This document shows positions 31,995-42,099 of a stretch of 64,000 bases of DNA, piece after piece. The notes below the pieces were generated by a model that saw only the letters and a list, made by a program, of their open reading frames with translations, searched no databases and had not been told where the DNA came from. Source of the DNA: an uncultured delta proteobacterium (GTDB lineage Bacteria > Myxococcota > Myxococcia > Myxococcales > Myxococcaceae); assembly GCA_963771175.1 (NCBI GenBank), contig CAVYSY010000031.1, positions 64,001 through 128,000 on the forward strand, read 5' to 3'. The stretch's first letter is position 1; every line of letters begins with the position of its first letter. The translations under genes were made by a program, and so were the position numbers.

Positions 31995-33894
31995 TCAATC
32001 ATCCGAGCCGGAGCCCAGGTTGCTCTCCGCCCAGCGGGATGACTCGAAGCTGGACGAGCGGAAGAACGCCAGCGCGGGCGCGATGAGCAGCAGCACCAGC
32101 GAGCAGCAGAACCAACTGCCGCGCGGAGTGTCGCTGACGAGCGTCACCTTGTAGTTCTGCCCCCGCGGCTGAGCCATCGAAGAAGGCGGTGGTGCGCAGC
32201 ACGTAGCGCCCCGGCGCCACCGAGGACACGTACTCCGTCTCGCTCTGTCCTCCCTCGCTCCAGGAGCCGTCCGAGTCGCTGCCGGAGTAGTAGCTGATCT
32301 CCTCGTAGAAGCTGACCACCTCGCCGGTGGCCTCGTTCACCAGGTCGCCCTGGACGCCGAGCCAGCCGTTGTTCACCGGCGAGGACACCTCGGCGCGCAC
32401 GTTGCCCTTCTTGTGGATGTCGAAGGGCTGGCTGAAGTGCATGGCCGAGGGCGTGCCGGACTGTGCGTCCTGCGCCACGGCCACCTGCTCCACCAGCACC
32501 GTCTCCCGGGCGGCCCGCACGTTGACCAAGAGGTACACGGCGAGCAGCGCCATGGCCCAGAGGCCCGTCCACTTCCAGGCGGGCGCGCTCGAGTGCGGGT
32601 TGGGCTGGCTGGGGGCGATGCCCTGGGGCGTCGGCAGGGGCTCCTTGAGCTGGAAGGCCTCGCGCACCACCTCGGGTAGCAGGTACTCGCCCCGCGTGTA
32701 CGTCACCTCGTTGTCGTTGCGGTCCAGGTTCACCGAGTACGGTGGATTCACGTACTCCTCGGCCTCGGCCCACTCGCCCGCCTTCACCTCCCAGTAGAAC
32801 TCGCCCAGCACGGCCTCGGTGATGGCCGTCACGCGCTGGAAGGCCCGGTAGCGCTTGCCCTCCAGGTGCGCGGCGACGCCCGGGGACACCGCCACCTCGC
32901 CCGCGTCCAGGGGCGTGAGGAACACCCAGTGCCCGTTGGAGTTCATCAACCAGGTGAAGCCGCGCTCCCGGTTGAAGAGGAGGTACTCCTCCCAGGGGTA
33001 GCGCACGCCCTCCACCGTGCACGAGCGCACCAGGAAGCCGATGCACACCCACTGGGCGCCATCCAGCTTGCCCCGGGCCCCCAGGGGAATCAGGGGCGCG
33101 TGGTCCGGCTTCTCCAGCAGTTGGAGGAAGGCCAGCTTGCCCTGGCTCGCGTCGAGCAGCGCGCCGCAGTAGGGGCAGGCCACGCGCTTCGTCCGGTCCG
33201 GAGCGCGCAGCTCCAGCGCACCGTTGCAGTGGGTGCAGCGCGCCTGCTGCAGCGCCACCTTCTTCACCCGGGGCCGGAGCTGGTCCGCGGCGATGCCCAG
33301 CTCGGACAGCTTCAGCTTCCGGCCGATGTAGACCTCGGGGTTACCCCGCTCGGTGCCGAAGTCCAGCGAGGCGAAGGCGCCGCTGGGACCCGTGACGTCC
33401 ACGTAGTAGCTGTCCGCGCTCGGGTCCACGTCGCTGGGGAGCTGGCCCGCGGCGGCCACCACCCGGGCACGCCCGCGCTCCTCCACCACGAAGCGGTGGT
33501 CCTTCAGGCTGAAGCGGTGGCCGGGATGCAGGTCGTCGTACCCCAGGCCCTGCTCCACGCCCGAGGCGAGCAGGAAGTAGAAGGCGCCCTCGGCCTCGGA
33601 GAGCCAGCCGGTGCGCCCGTCGTCGAGCTCCACGTACCACTCGTCCCAGGGTCCCGCGCCATGGTCCTTCTGGAGGTGGCCCACCAGCCGGTAGCCGACG
33701 CGGCCGATGCGACCCTCCGCGTTGAGCTGCAGGGGCGAGTCGGTATCGACGATGGCGCCAATCTTCCCGTGCGCCTCGAGGTTGAGACCCTTCTTCGCCA
33801 CCACCGTCTGGCAGTGGTCGCACACCACCACCTGCGCCGTACCAGCGGAGAACTCGATGGGAGCCCCACAGGAGGGGCAGTTGCCCTGCGTCAC
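31995..33894 (-). CDS. DUF4178 domain protein with zinc ribbons and TM (frameshift near 32170)
   Basis: CPSCGA, CTHC and CPYC ribbons; two WxEW/WEEY modules; DSDGSWSEG. Confidence 0.85.
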
Positions 33895-34241
33895 GCCCCT
33901 ACCCCCCGAGGCAGCTCACGGACGCGGCAGGAGGCCGCGCCGAGGTGCCGCACCACCAGCGCCTCGAAGTCCGGGCGCGTACGGGGGCGGCAGCAGTAGA
34001 CGTTGAGCGCGGCGAAGCCGTGCTCGGGGAAGGTATGGACGGCCAGGTGGCTCTCCGCGAGCAGCGTGAGTCCGGTGATGCCTCCCGGCTCCGGGAAGAC
34101 GTGCCACTGCGGCTGACCCACCACCTTCAGCTCCAGCAGAACGATGAGCTCCTCGAACAGGGCCGCGAGCACACCGGGCTCCTTCAGGCGCTCCGGCGGG
34201 CACCCGCTCACATCCACCAGCCATTCCTGTCCGGTCGTCAG
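33891..34241 (-). CDS. speD: S-adenosylmethionine decarboxylase proenzyme (start CTG 34241 or GTG 34217)
   Basis: GGITGLTLLAESHLAVHTFPE pyruvoyl cleavage motif; NVYCC. Confidence 0.88.
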   Translation of the reverse strand: MTTGQEWLVDVSGCPPERLKEPGVLAALFEELIVLLELKVVGQPQWHVFPEPGGITGLTLLAESHLAVHTFPEHGFAALNVYCCRPRTRPDFEALVVRHLGAASCRVRELPRGVGA

Positions 34242-34331
34242 CGTCCTTCCTCCCTATGCCCCCACCTTGTACCACGGGCCCCGGGGCCCGTGAGAACGGA
34301 AGGGCCCGGCCCTGGTAGGCTCCGGGTCCGC

Positions 34332-35339
34332 ATGTCCCAGAAGGACCTCGTTCCCCGCCCTCCGCCTTCCCCATCCGAGGGGGAGCGCCCCGTCGCCAAT
34401 ACCCTGAAGCCACCCGCCACGGGCGCGGTGGCGAGGCTCGTCCGCTCGCTGCGCGGGCTGCCCGAGGCCGAGCGCTGGTCCGGTGCCGGCAGCACGGGGC
34501 TCGCCGGCTGGTTCAAGGCGGAGACGCCACCGCCCACGGATGTGACGGCCCGCTTCCGCGAGGTGCACCAGCGGGTGCGCGAGGGCGAGCCAGTGCTGCC
34601 GGACGAGGCCCGGCGCCATCTGTACCTCCTGGTGAAGGGGATGCTGGGCGACGAGGTGCCTGGCTACCTGGAGGACAACCAGCTTCGCCTGGAGAAGCGG
34701 GGGCTGGAGACGCGCGAGGTGGCGGTGGACACCGAGGGGCGGCTCGTGGACAACGTGGAGGTGGTGCGCGACGCGCTGCTGGACGCCGTCCACTTCGGCC
34801 GCACGGTGGTGCTGGTGGGCCACAGCAAGGGGGGCGTGGAGGCGATGAGCACGCTGGCGCTCCACCCGGAGCTGCGCCGGCACGTGCGCGCGGTGGTGGC
34901 GCTGCAGGCGCCCTTTGGCGGCTCGGTCATCGCCAACGACCTGGTGACGACGCCCTCGCTGCGGCGGCTGCTGGACGTGGCCTTCCCCTCGCTCTTCCAG
35001 GGGGAGGCGGGCTCGGTGGAGGACCTGTCGTACGCGAAGCGGATGGAGTTCGTGCGGCGCCACCCCTACCCCACGGACGTGCCCACGGTGGCGCTGGCGA
35101 CGTCGCGGCTGTCGAGGCGCTCGCTGATGCGGCCGCTGTGCGCGTACGTGCACGAGCGCTACGGCTGGGCGTGCGACGGGCTGGTGAACGCGGTGGACGC
35201 GGAGGTGCCGGGCTCGCGCGTGGTGCGGCTGGACGACATGGACCACGCCGAGGGCGCCCTCACGGGCCTCCCTGGCTTCTCCAACTACTACCCGAGCGAC
35301 ATCACCGAGACGATGGTGGCGCTCGCACTGGAGACGTAG
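34332..35339 (+). CDS. alpha/beta hydrolase (lipase-like)
   Basis: VGHSKGG nucleophile elbow; DGLV; DMDH. Confidence 0.85.
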   Translation: MSQKDLVPRPPPSPSEGERPVANTLKPPATGAVARLVRSLRGLPEAERWSGAGSTGLAGWFKAETPPPTDVTARFREVHQRVREGEPVLPDEARRHLYLLVKGMLGDEVPGYLEDNQLRLEKRGLETREVAVDTEGRLVDNVEVVRDALLDAVHFGRTVVLVGHSKGGVEAMSTLALHPELRRHVRAVVALQAPFGGSVIANDLVTTPSLRRLLDVAFPSLFQGEAGSVEDLSYAKRMEFVRRHPYPTDVPTVALATSRLSRRSLMRPLCAYVHERYGWACDGLVNAVDAEVPGSRVVRLDDMDHAEGALTGLPGFSNYYPSDITETMVALALET

Positions 35340-35351
35340 ACGAGGTGGGGA

Positions 35352-35807
35352 CTACAGCAGGGGTGATGGGAGAGAACGTTTCTCGTGGGGAAGACGGATT
35401 TCATCCTCCAGTTGTAGTCCGTCCGTCCAGTTTTCCGCGTCCGCGTTCAACACCAACTGACCCCCGATTCTTTGCAACGTGATGTGCTCTCCGTTGAAAA
35501 GGAGGACACCGTCCCGGCTGTGCTCCAGAAGGAGCATCGTCGCGCGCAGCATGACCCGATTTCCCTCTTCGTAATCATCGCTGTTCGGGTCGAGCCGGAA
35601 TCCCACCGATAGCTCGGGGATGAAATGAAATCCTTCCTCGATCAACGACTTCCAGTTCTGATTCGGCTCAATGGCGCTGATCCAGAGCGCGGGTCCGATC
35701 AAATGAGTGGCATCACCCCACGTCATCCCGAAGCGCTCAGCCATGAGACGCAATGCATCTTCGGGCGTCATGGTGGTTGATAGGTCCAAGCTACTATCAA
35801 GTCCCAC
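35352..35807 (-). CDS. sitI3: SitI3-like immunity protein
   Basis: MGLDSSLDLST...VGFRLD...DGVLLFNGE...LVLN pattern; downstream of tRNase toxin. Confidence 0.7.
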   Translation of the reverse strand: MGLDSSLDLSTTMTPEDALRLMAERFGMTWGDATHLIGPALWISAIEPNQNWKSLIEEGFHFIPELSVGFRLDPNSDDYEEGNRVMLRATMLLLEHSRDGVLLFNGEHITLQRIGGQLVLNADAENWTDGLQLEDEIRLPHEKRSLPSPLL

Positions 35808-35825
35808 ACCATCCTCCTGTCATAC

Positions 35826-37243
35826 TCACGGGAAGAGTGAGACGACCGTACCCGCCTTGATGCCGATGACTTTTTTCAGGCCGGGAATCGTCCAATCCGT
35901 GAGCTGCTTCTTCATGGCATCGAGCGTGACGCTGGTGTCGTCAAGATTCAAAATGATTCTGCTTGCCTGATCTCTTTGTACCTTTTGGGTCTCCATGTTG
36001 GTGGCGATATTCCGGGCACTTGGGCTGGACGGGGCATAACAGTCGAAATACTCCCCATCGATCTTGTAATCAGGCTTCGTTCCGTTCGGCTTGGGTAGAG
36101 GGTTTTGCTCCACATGGTAGCCGCTGTCCGCGAGGATTCGCGCAGAATCATTCTCGCGGTCGATTGCTCTGATGTTTTCTGGCCTCTTGTCATTGGGTCC
36201 GGGTCGAGTCGGGCGTCCTGTCAGGCGACCCTTCGTGCCTGAACTACCGCCTGCACCTCCGCCCAGGGCCGTCATGGCGACCGCGCCCGGCGTGAGGGCG
36301 ATGGTGAATGCGCCCTCGGCGGACACAGCCACCGAGCGCACCTCGCCCACCGCCGCCAGTCGGAAGCCGCCCTGCGTCTCCGCCAGCACCGCGGCTCGCG
36401 AGTAGCCCGGCAGCCCCGGCCCCTTCCCCGCCAATCCCACCGTATTGCCGATGGCCGCCGTCGCCAGCAGCACGAAGGCCCTCGCCGCGTGCCTGCCCAT
36501 CACCTTGCCGTACCGCTCGCCCGCCTCCCGCAACTCCTCGAAGTTCCTGGCCCGGTCCACCTCTTCCACCAACTGGACCCAGCCCCCTATCAACCCCCAC
36601 ACCGTGTCCACCCCGAGGTAGGCGATGAGGGCAGCCGTCAGGGTAGCGGCCAGGCCCTTGCTCACCGGCTCGGGTAGCACCCAGAGCAGCATGTACATGG
36701 CCATGGCGGACACGATGCTGGCCCGCACCGCCTCGGGGTCCGCCAGCTCCACCAGCGCCGCCTTCGTCTCGTCCCACACCGAGTCCACGGCGATGGCCAT
36801 CGCCAGCGTGTACCGCCCATCCGCATCGAGCGTGGGCGTGTCCTTCAGCAGGGAGAAGCAGTCCTCCTGGTGGCTCCTTCGCTCGCACCAGCGCCCATAA
36901 CCCCGCGTCACCTCGTCCTGCTCCGCGAGCAGCCGGGGCCCTCGCGTATCCGACGCCGCGGCTTCCAGGCGCCGTCCCGTCCACTCCAGGTACACCTCCT
37001 CCTGCCAGGACTCGAACATCAGCGCCCGTGCCCGCCTCAGGGGATGCGCAGCGGGCTTCACGTCCCGGGCCACCTCCGCCAGCGACTGCTCGAGCTCGTC
37101 CGCGCGCAGCCGCACCGGCTCCTGGCCAGGGTCCGGGGTGTGGACGCGGGGCTTGCCCTGTCCTGTGTCCAGGCGTACGGCACGGGTAACGGTGCCGCAG
37201 CCGGCGAGCAGCACCAGCGCCAGCGCATCCAGAGCGGCTTCAT
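35826..37243 (-). CDS. SitA5-like lipoprotein toxin with CdiA_C-like tRNase tip (frameshift in signal peptide near 37226)
   Basis: MKPLWM(A)LALVLLAGC lipobox; VRLDTGQG; LWVLPEPVSK; toxin RENDSA...VEQNP...PDYKIDGEYFDCYAP...QASRIILNL. Confidence 0.8.
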
Positions 37244-37441
37244 GGGAACGCCTCCGAGTCCTGACCACCCTCTTTTGGGTAGCCAGCCTAACGGAATACC
37301 TGATGGGTCCGACAGGGCCCGAGGCAGCGCTCATGCGGGGACGCCAGGATGGGTCTGAATGGCGAGACCTCCTGGGTGCGGCAAACGGGCTCCGGCGTCC
37401 CAGGAGCCGTGAAACCGCTGCACGGAGAAAGGCCCGCTCAC

Positions 37442-37457
37442 TTGTAGACGTCTACCA
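37442..37457. repeat. third copy of the GTAGACGTCTAC palindrome
   Basis: TTGTAGACGTCTACCA, 15/16 identical to the copies at 7498 and 7541. Confidence 0.85.
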
Positions 37458-37619
37458 CTGAACCAGGTGCGCGTGGTCCCGCTCCTCCACTGGCAGGGCG
37501 GACCCCCGCGGCACGGTGCCGTCACCGCCCATGTCCCGCCGTCCGGCAGCTTCTCCAACTACTACCCGAGCGACATCACCGAGACGATGGTGGCCCTCGC
37601 ACTCGACACGAGGGCCTGA
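37458..37619. pseudogene. chimeric gene relic: internal fragment of lipase-CHAT gene fused to 3' end of upstream lipase gene
   Basis: 37458-37550 matches 40108-40203; 37549-37610 matches 35275-35336. Confidence 0.9.
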
Positions 37620-37632
37620 ATCCCGGGAGGTA

Positions 37633-37956
37633 TCACTCCCGGGCCCCTATGAACCAGACGATGTCTCCAATGTCGGGGGGGCGTCCAAGGCGTGCCCACT
37701 CCGAGTCGATGCGTGCGAGCTGCTCGTCCACCGAACCACCCCAGGGCTGGTAGTCACCGCCCGGAAGCAGGCGGATGGCCCGGAGCAAGCCCTGGCTCAG
37801 CAAGGGCTGGAGAGCCCGAAGCGCTTCATGACGAATCTCCTCCTCCGACGCTCCGGGCCTGAGCTGGCGGATGTCATCAGCAATCCACCACAAGCCAATA
37901 TCGCTACTGGCACCAGCCTCGACCCAGCGCATTCGTGCCTCTTCCAGTTGCCTCAC
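37633..37956 (-). CDS. 107-aa hypothetical protein coupled to the lipase-CHAT gene
   Basis: GTGA start/stop overlap; DIGLWW...EWARLGRPPDIGDIVWF. Confidence 0.65.
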   Translation of the reverse strand: MRQLEEARMRWVEAGASSDIGLWWIADDIRQLRPGASEEEIRHEALRALQPLLSQGLLRAIRLLPGGDYQPWGGSVDEQLARIDSEWARLGRPPDIGDIVWFIGARE

Positions 37957-40900
37957 GCCGCGGCCACGCCCGCCGCCACGGCCACCTGCGACAGCCGCGC
38001 CATCACATCCCCCACGAAGACGTAGGAGAGGTACGTGGGGGACTTCTGGGCCTCACGCTCGCGCAGGGCCCGGAGCGCCTCGCCCACGGTGAGCTGCTTC
38101 TCCCTCATGTCCGCCACGAGCTGCTCCACCACGTTGCGCGCGTGCCCGTCCTGCACCGGCCACAGCGGCGCGATGAAGCCGGCGAAGCGCTCGCTCACGA
38201 AGGCCTCGGCCCACCCGCCCATGCCGCCGAGCAGCTCGGTGGCCGCGCCCACCTCGCAGGCGTTGAAGAGCACGAGCGGCCGGAACCTCCGGCCCATCGT
38301 CACCAGCGGGTTGCGCACCTCGAGCGTGTGCAGCGGCCCGTCCTCCAGGTAGATGTACGAAGGCGTCACCGCGTCCCCGCTGTACTTGCCGTGCCCGGCG
38401 AAGTGCAGCAGCCCCACGGGCTTGACGTAGCCCCCCTTCAGCACCTCCAGCACGCGCTTGCGGCTGCCCGGCACTCGCACCGCGCCGAAGCGCCGGGCGA
38501 GGTGCAGCGACTCCTGCTGCGCCTCGGGCAGCGGCGCCAGATGCGCGTGGTACTGGTAGTCCGGGGCGATGGTGAGGATGTCCCCGTGCGGCAGGCGCGC
38601 CGTCAGCGACGTCTGGTAGTCGAGCAGCCACCGCGCCACCGGGTGCTCCACGCACAGCAGCCCCGCTCCCGGCACGTCCGAGGGCGCCATCAGCTCCCAG
38701 GGGATATGCGGGTCATCGCTGATGAACTGGATGGGGAAGCCCGGCCCGTACTGGTGACGCAGGGCGCGAAACGTCTCCCGGAAGGCCGCCGGTGTCCGCT
38801 GGTAGAGCAGTTGCCCCAGCCCGAGAAAAAAAGGGTAGTGCTCTCCGGAGCGCATCTCCCGGGCGGCATTGGCCACGCTCTGGAAGAAGGCGGCCGGGTC
38901 CGAGCCCAGGTCCACCTCGCCCGACAGCCGGGCCGGCAGCCCCTCGCAGTCCACCGGCACCTGGAGCATCCAGTACAGGCGCCGCGGGTTGCTCCGGTCC
39001 AGGCGGTGGATCTGCACCGTCAGGTGGGGCTTCCGGGCATCGACCTCGATGGAGAACGCGCTCTGGCCCTCGGTGGCCTCGTCCCCACGCGAGTCCGGGC
39101 CCGCCGACGACGAGGCAGACGGACCCGGCAGGCCCGCCGCACCGGGCTCCAGCGGGATGCGCCGGCGGGCCGCGCCGCAGAAGCGCCCCCCGTGCTCGAA
39201 GGTGGCCACCACGGTGAGCTCGCCGGAGGCGTTCGGGTTCACGGTGCCCGTGAGGGTGGCGGCGAGCGAGTCCTGGTTGCGCCGCACCAGCACCACGCCC
39301 GTGTCACCGCCTGGACGGAACGTCATGTCCGAGCAGAGCAGGCGCACCTTGATGGGCAGCTCCTTCCAGTTCGGGTCCAACCCGGAGATGGAGACGCCCG
39401 AGGACTCCGTGTCTGGATCCAACTCCGCCAGCAGCAGGTCCACGGAGAGGGGCAGGGCCTGCCCCGGACGCGCGGGCACGATCGGCGACACCGAGGGGTG
39501 GCGCGTGATGGTCTGCCCCTCGTCCCGGACCTCGGGCCTGGGCGCGGACAGCTTCACCTGATGGTCAGACGAGCGGAACGGCTCCGTCTCCAGGCCCACC
39601 CGGGGCACCAGGTCGCCCAGGAACGACTCCAGCGCGGGATGCGCGCCCGCCGCGGGTACCGGAGGCATCGCCTGACCGGGAGTCCCGTGCCGCTCGTCCT
39701 CCACCCCGGACAACTGGCCCTCGCCGGGGAAGACGGCGAAGACGTTGGCCACGGGGACGACCTCGGGGCCTCCCTTGACGACGATGCGATACACGCCCGG
39801 CGGCAGAGGCCGCAGCGTGCCCTCGTGCAGACCGTCCGGCCCGCGCTTGAGCGCCACCTGGAAGGACTCGCCCGTGTCCGAGTTCGCCACATAGGCCTGG
39901 AGCGAGACGGGCTCCTCCGAGGGACGCACGCGCACCGTCACGGGCTCGTCGTGCGCGTACGCGTCGTCGAGGTGCAGCGAGAGGTTCCGGGGCGACACGC
40001 CACGCGTGCCGCGGAACTCGTTGAGGTTGATGTCCTGGCCGGAGAGCACGCCCTCCACGTGGGCGAGCACCTCGAAGGCGTTCTGCAGCGAGGCGTGGGA
40101 CGTGGCGCTGAACATGGCGCGCGCGTGGTCCCGCTCCTCCACCGGCAGGGCGGACACCCGAGGCACGGTGCCATCACCGCCCATGTCCCGGCCGTCCGGC
40201 AGCGAATAGAGCATCTCCAGCCCGGACTTCCCGAGGCGCGCGCTCTGCAGCGTGGGCTGGAAGGTGCCCACCACGGGGTACAGGTGGTAGCCGCGCTCGA
40301 GGTACTCGGAGCTGCGGGAGTTGGACTCCACGGCGCTGAGAATCTCCCGCTGGAAGGCGAGGCCCTCCGCGGCCAGGGTCGGGTCGAGCTGGGCGATGCC
40401 CTGGGCCTCCCCCGGCCGGACGAGGCTCCCATCCGGCATCTGGATGCATGGGTAGGTGGGCAGGAGCTGGTACGCCGAGGGCAGCGAGCGCACCATCGCC
40501 GACACGTCGAAGAGCTTCACCGGCCCGAGGCTCTTGCGGAAGCCCAGCGCGAGCGCCTGCAGCGCCATGAACGAGCCACGGTGGGGCGTGCCGAAGGTGA
40601 TGAGGGCCCGGGTGTGCTTCCAGCCGCCGAGGCACTCGAGGAAGTAGCGCGACACGACGCCGCCCATGGAGTGGGCCACGAGGATGAGGCGCGAGTCGGG
40701 CGAGCCGCCATTCGCCTCGCGCCACCGATGGAGCCACCCCATGGCCTCGCGCTCGAGGCGCTGCGCGGTGATGCGGATGTCGCGCCGCCAGTCGTAGGGG
40801 AACGTGAAGAAGTTGGCGCCGGGGATGAGGTTGAGCCGGCTCTCCAGCGTGCGGGCCACCTGGGTGTAGCCGTCCACCTTCCAGAAGCCGGGCAGGAGCT

Positions 40901-41123
40901 GGGTGTCGGGCAGCACCTTCGTCGCCACCACGCCATCGTCGGCGAGCTCGCCCCCGCTGTCGGACTTCAGGGTGAGCGACTCCACGCTCCCACCGAGGCT
41001 CGTCATCGCGCGCAGGAGCGCGCCACCCGAGAGGCCCCACACCTCCTTCCCGTCCCGCTCCAGCACGCTGCCGAGCAGACCCGGCAGCAGCACGACGACA
41101 TCCTTGGTGACGCTGGCAGCCAT
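37953..41123 (-). CDS. lipase/acyltransferase (LCAT/PGAP1-like) fused to a CHAT caspase-like protease
   Basis: LPGLLGS, PYDWRR, AHSMGG, GTPHRGS, GDGTVP; CHAT motifs IPWEL, LHFAGHG, FNACEVG. Confidence 0.88.
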   Translation of the reverse strand: MAASVTKDVVVLLPGLLGSVLERDGKEVWGLSGGALLRAMTSLGGSVESLTLKSDSGGELADDGVVATKVLPDTQLLPGFWKVDGYTQVARTLESRLNLIPGANFFTFPYDWRRDIRITAQRLEREAMGWLHRWREANGGSPDSRLILVAHSMGGVVSRYFLECLGGWKHTRALITFGTPHRGSFMALQALALGFRKSLGPVKLFDVSAMVRSLPSAYQLLPTYPCIQMPDGSLVRPGEAQGIAQLDPTLAAEGLAFQREILSAVESNSRSSEYLERGYHLYPVVGTFQPTLQSARLGKSGLEMLYSLPDGRDMGGDGTVPRVSALPVEERDHARAMFSATSHASLQNAFEVLAHVEGVLSGQDINLNEFRGTRGVSPRNLSLHLDDAYAHDEPVTVRVRPSEEPVSLQAYVANSDTGESFQVALKRGPDGLHEGTLRPLPPGVYRIVVKGGPEVVPVANVFAVFPGEGQLSGVEDERHGTPGQAMPPVPAAGAHPALESFLGDLVPRVGLETEPFRSSDHQVKLSAPRPEVRDEGQTITRHPSVSPIVPARPGQALPLSVDLLLAELDPDTESSGVSISGLDPNWKELPIKVRLLCSDMTFRPGGDTGVVLVRRNQDSLAATLTGTVNPNASGELTVVATFEHGGRFCGAARRRIPLEPGAAGLPGPSASSSAGPDSRGDEATEGQSAFSIEVDARKPHLTVQIHRLDRSNPRRLYWMLQVPVDCEGLPARLSGEVDLGSDPAAFFQSVANAAREMRSGEHYPFFLGLGQLLYQRTPAAFRETFRALRHQYGPGFPIQFISDDPHIPWELMAPSDVPGAGLLCVEHPVARWLLDYQTSLTARLPHGDILTIAPDYQYHAHLAPLPEAQQESLHLARRFGAVRVPGSRKRVLEVLKGGYVKPVGLLHFAGHGKYSGDAVTPSYIYLEDGPLHTLEVRNPLVTMGRRFRPLVLFNACEVGAATELLGGMGGWAEAFVSERFAGFIAPLWPVQDGHARNVVEQLVADMREKQLTVGEALRALREREAQKSPTYLSYVFVGDVMARLSQVAVAAGVAAA

Positions 41124-41349
41124 TGCTTCCTCCAGAGGGAGCGACCCGGGTTCCGCGTACGGGCGAGGACCCAGAGAACTGACGATGCCTCGGATTCTAC
41201 GGTTCCCTCCCGACCCAACGGAAAAGGGTATCGGTACGGGATTGAACGCTCCGGCCCGGGGTGCGGCCTTCTGAACAGCGGTTCAGCGGGCACCATTCCC
41301 CTACGGCCCGGGTTGCGAGCCCTCGTTCGCTCTGTAGGATGCCCGGCCC

Positions 41350-42090
41350 ATGCGAACCCGAATCCTGACGATGACGCTCCTCCTGGCCCTGACCGCCTGC
41401 TCCAAGGACAAGGACAAGCAGGCCGAGGGCAAGACCTCCACCGGCACCGCCCCCCAGGCGGCCCAGACGGCTCCGGCCGGGAGCGGCGGCCCCGCGGGGA
41501 ACCAGCCTCGGACGCGTCCTCCGGCGGAGAACCCGGGCCCCTGGCAGCAGAAGGCGCTGAAGGGACAGGAGCTGTACGCCACCCTGGACACGAGCGAGGG
41601 CTCCATCGTGGTGAAGCTCTTCTCGAAGGACGCGCCGCTCACGGTGGCCAACTTCGTGGGGCTCGCGACCGGTGAGCAGACGTGGAAAGACCCACGTACC
41701 GAGGAGGTGAAGAAGGGCACGCCGCTGTACCAGGGCATCCTCTTCCACCGGGTGATTCCGCAGTTCATGATCCAGGGAGGAGATCCGCTCGGGGTGGGAG
41801 CGGGCTCGCCGGGCTACACCTTCGAGGACGAGTTCCAGAGCGGCCGGACGTTCAACAAGACGGGCCTGCTGGCGATGGCGAACCGGGGTCCGGAGACGAA
41901 CGGGAGCCAGTTCTTCATCACCACGTCGACGCCGCAGCACCTCAACAACCGGCACACCATCTTCGGCGAGGTGGTGAAGGGCTACGACGTGGTGGAGCGC
42001 ATCTCGACTGTGCCGACGGCGGAGCGCAACAAGCCGCTGAAGGACGTGGTGCTGAACAAGGTGACGATCAGCGACACGCAGCCGGGCTAG
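41350..42090 (+). CDS. cyclophilin-type peptidyl-prolyl isomerase lipoprotein
   Basis: LTAC lipobox; FHRVIPQFMIQGGDP, AMANRGPETNGSQFFIT, HTIFGEV. Confidence 0.93.
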   Translation: MRTRILTMTLLLALTACSKDKDKQAEGKTSTGTAPQAAQTAPAGSGGPAGNQPRTRPPAENPGPWQQKALKGQELYATLDTSEGSIVVKLFSKDAPLTVANFVGLATGEQTWKDPRTEEVKKGTPLYQGILFHRVIPQFMIQGGDPLGVGAGSPGYTFEDEFQSGRTFNKTGLLAMANRGPETNGSQFFITTSTPQHLNNRHTIFGEVVKGYDVVERISTVPTAERNKPLKDVVLNKVTISDTQPG

Positions 42091-42099
42091 GAGCGAGCG

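Noticed and set aside
37935..41675. Long antisense ORFs (also 7653-10985, 23215-25839, 46544-48847)
   Set aside because: Shadow frames typical of high-GC coding DNA, with no recognisable motifs
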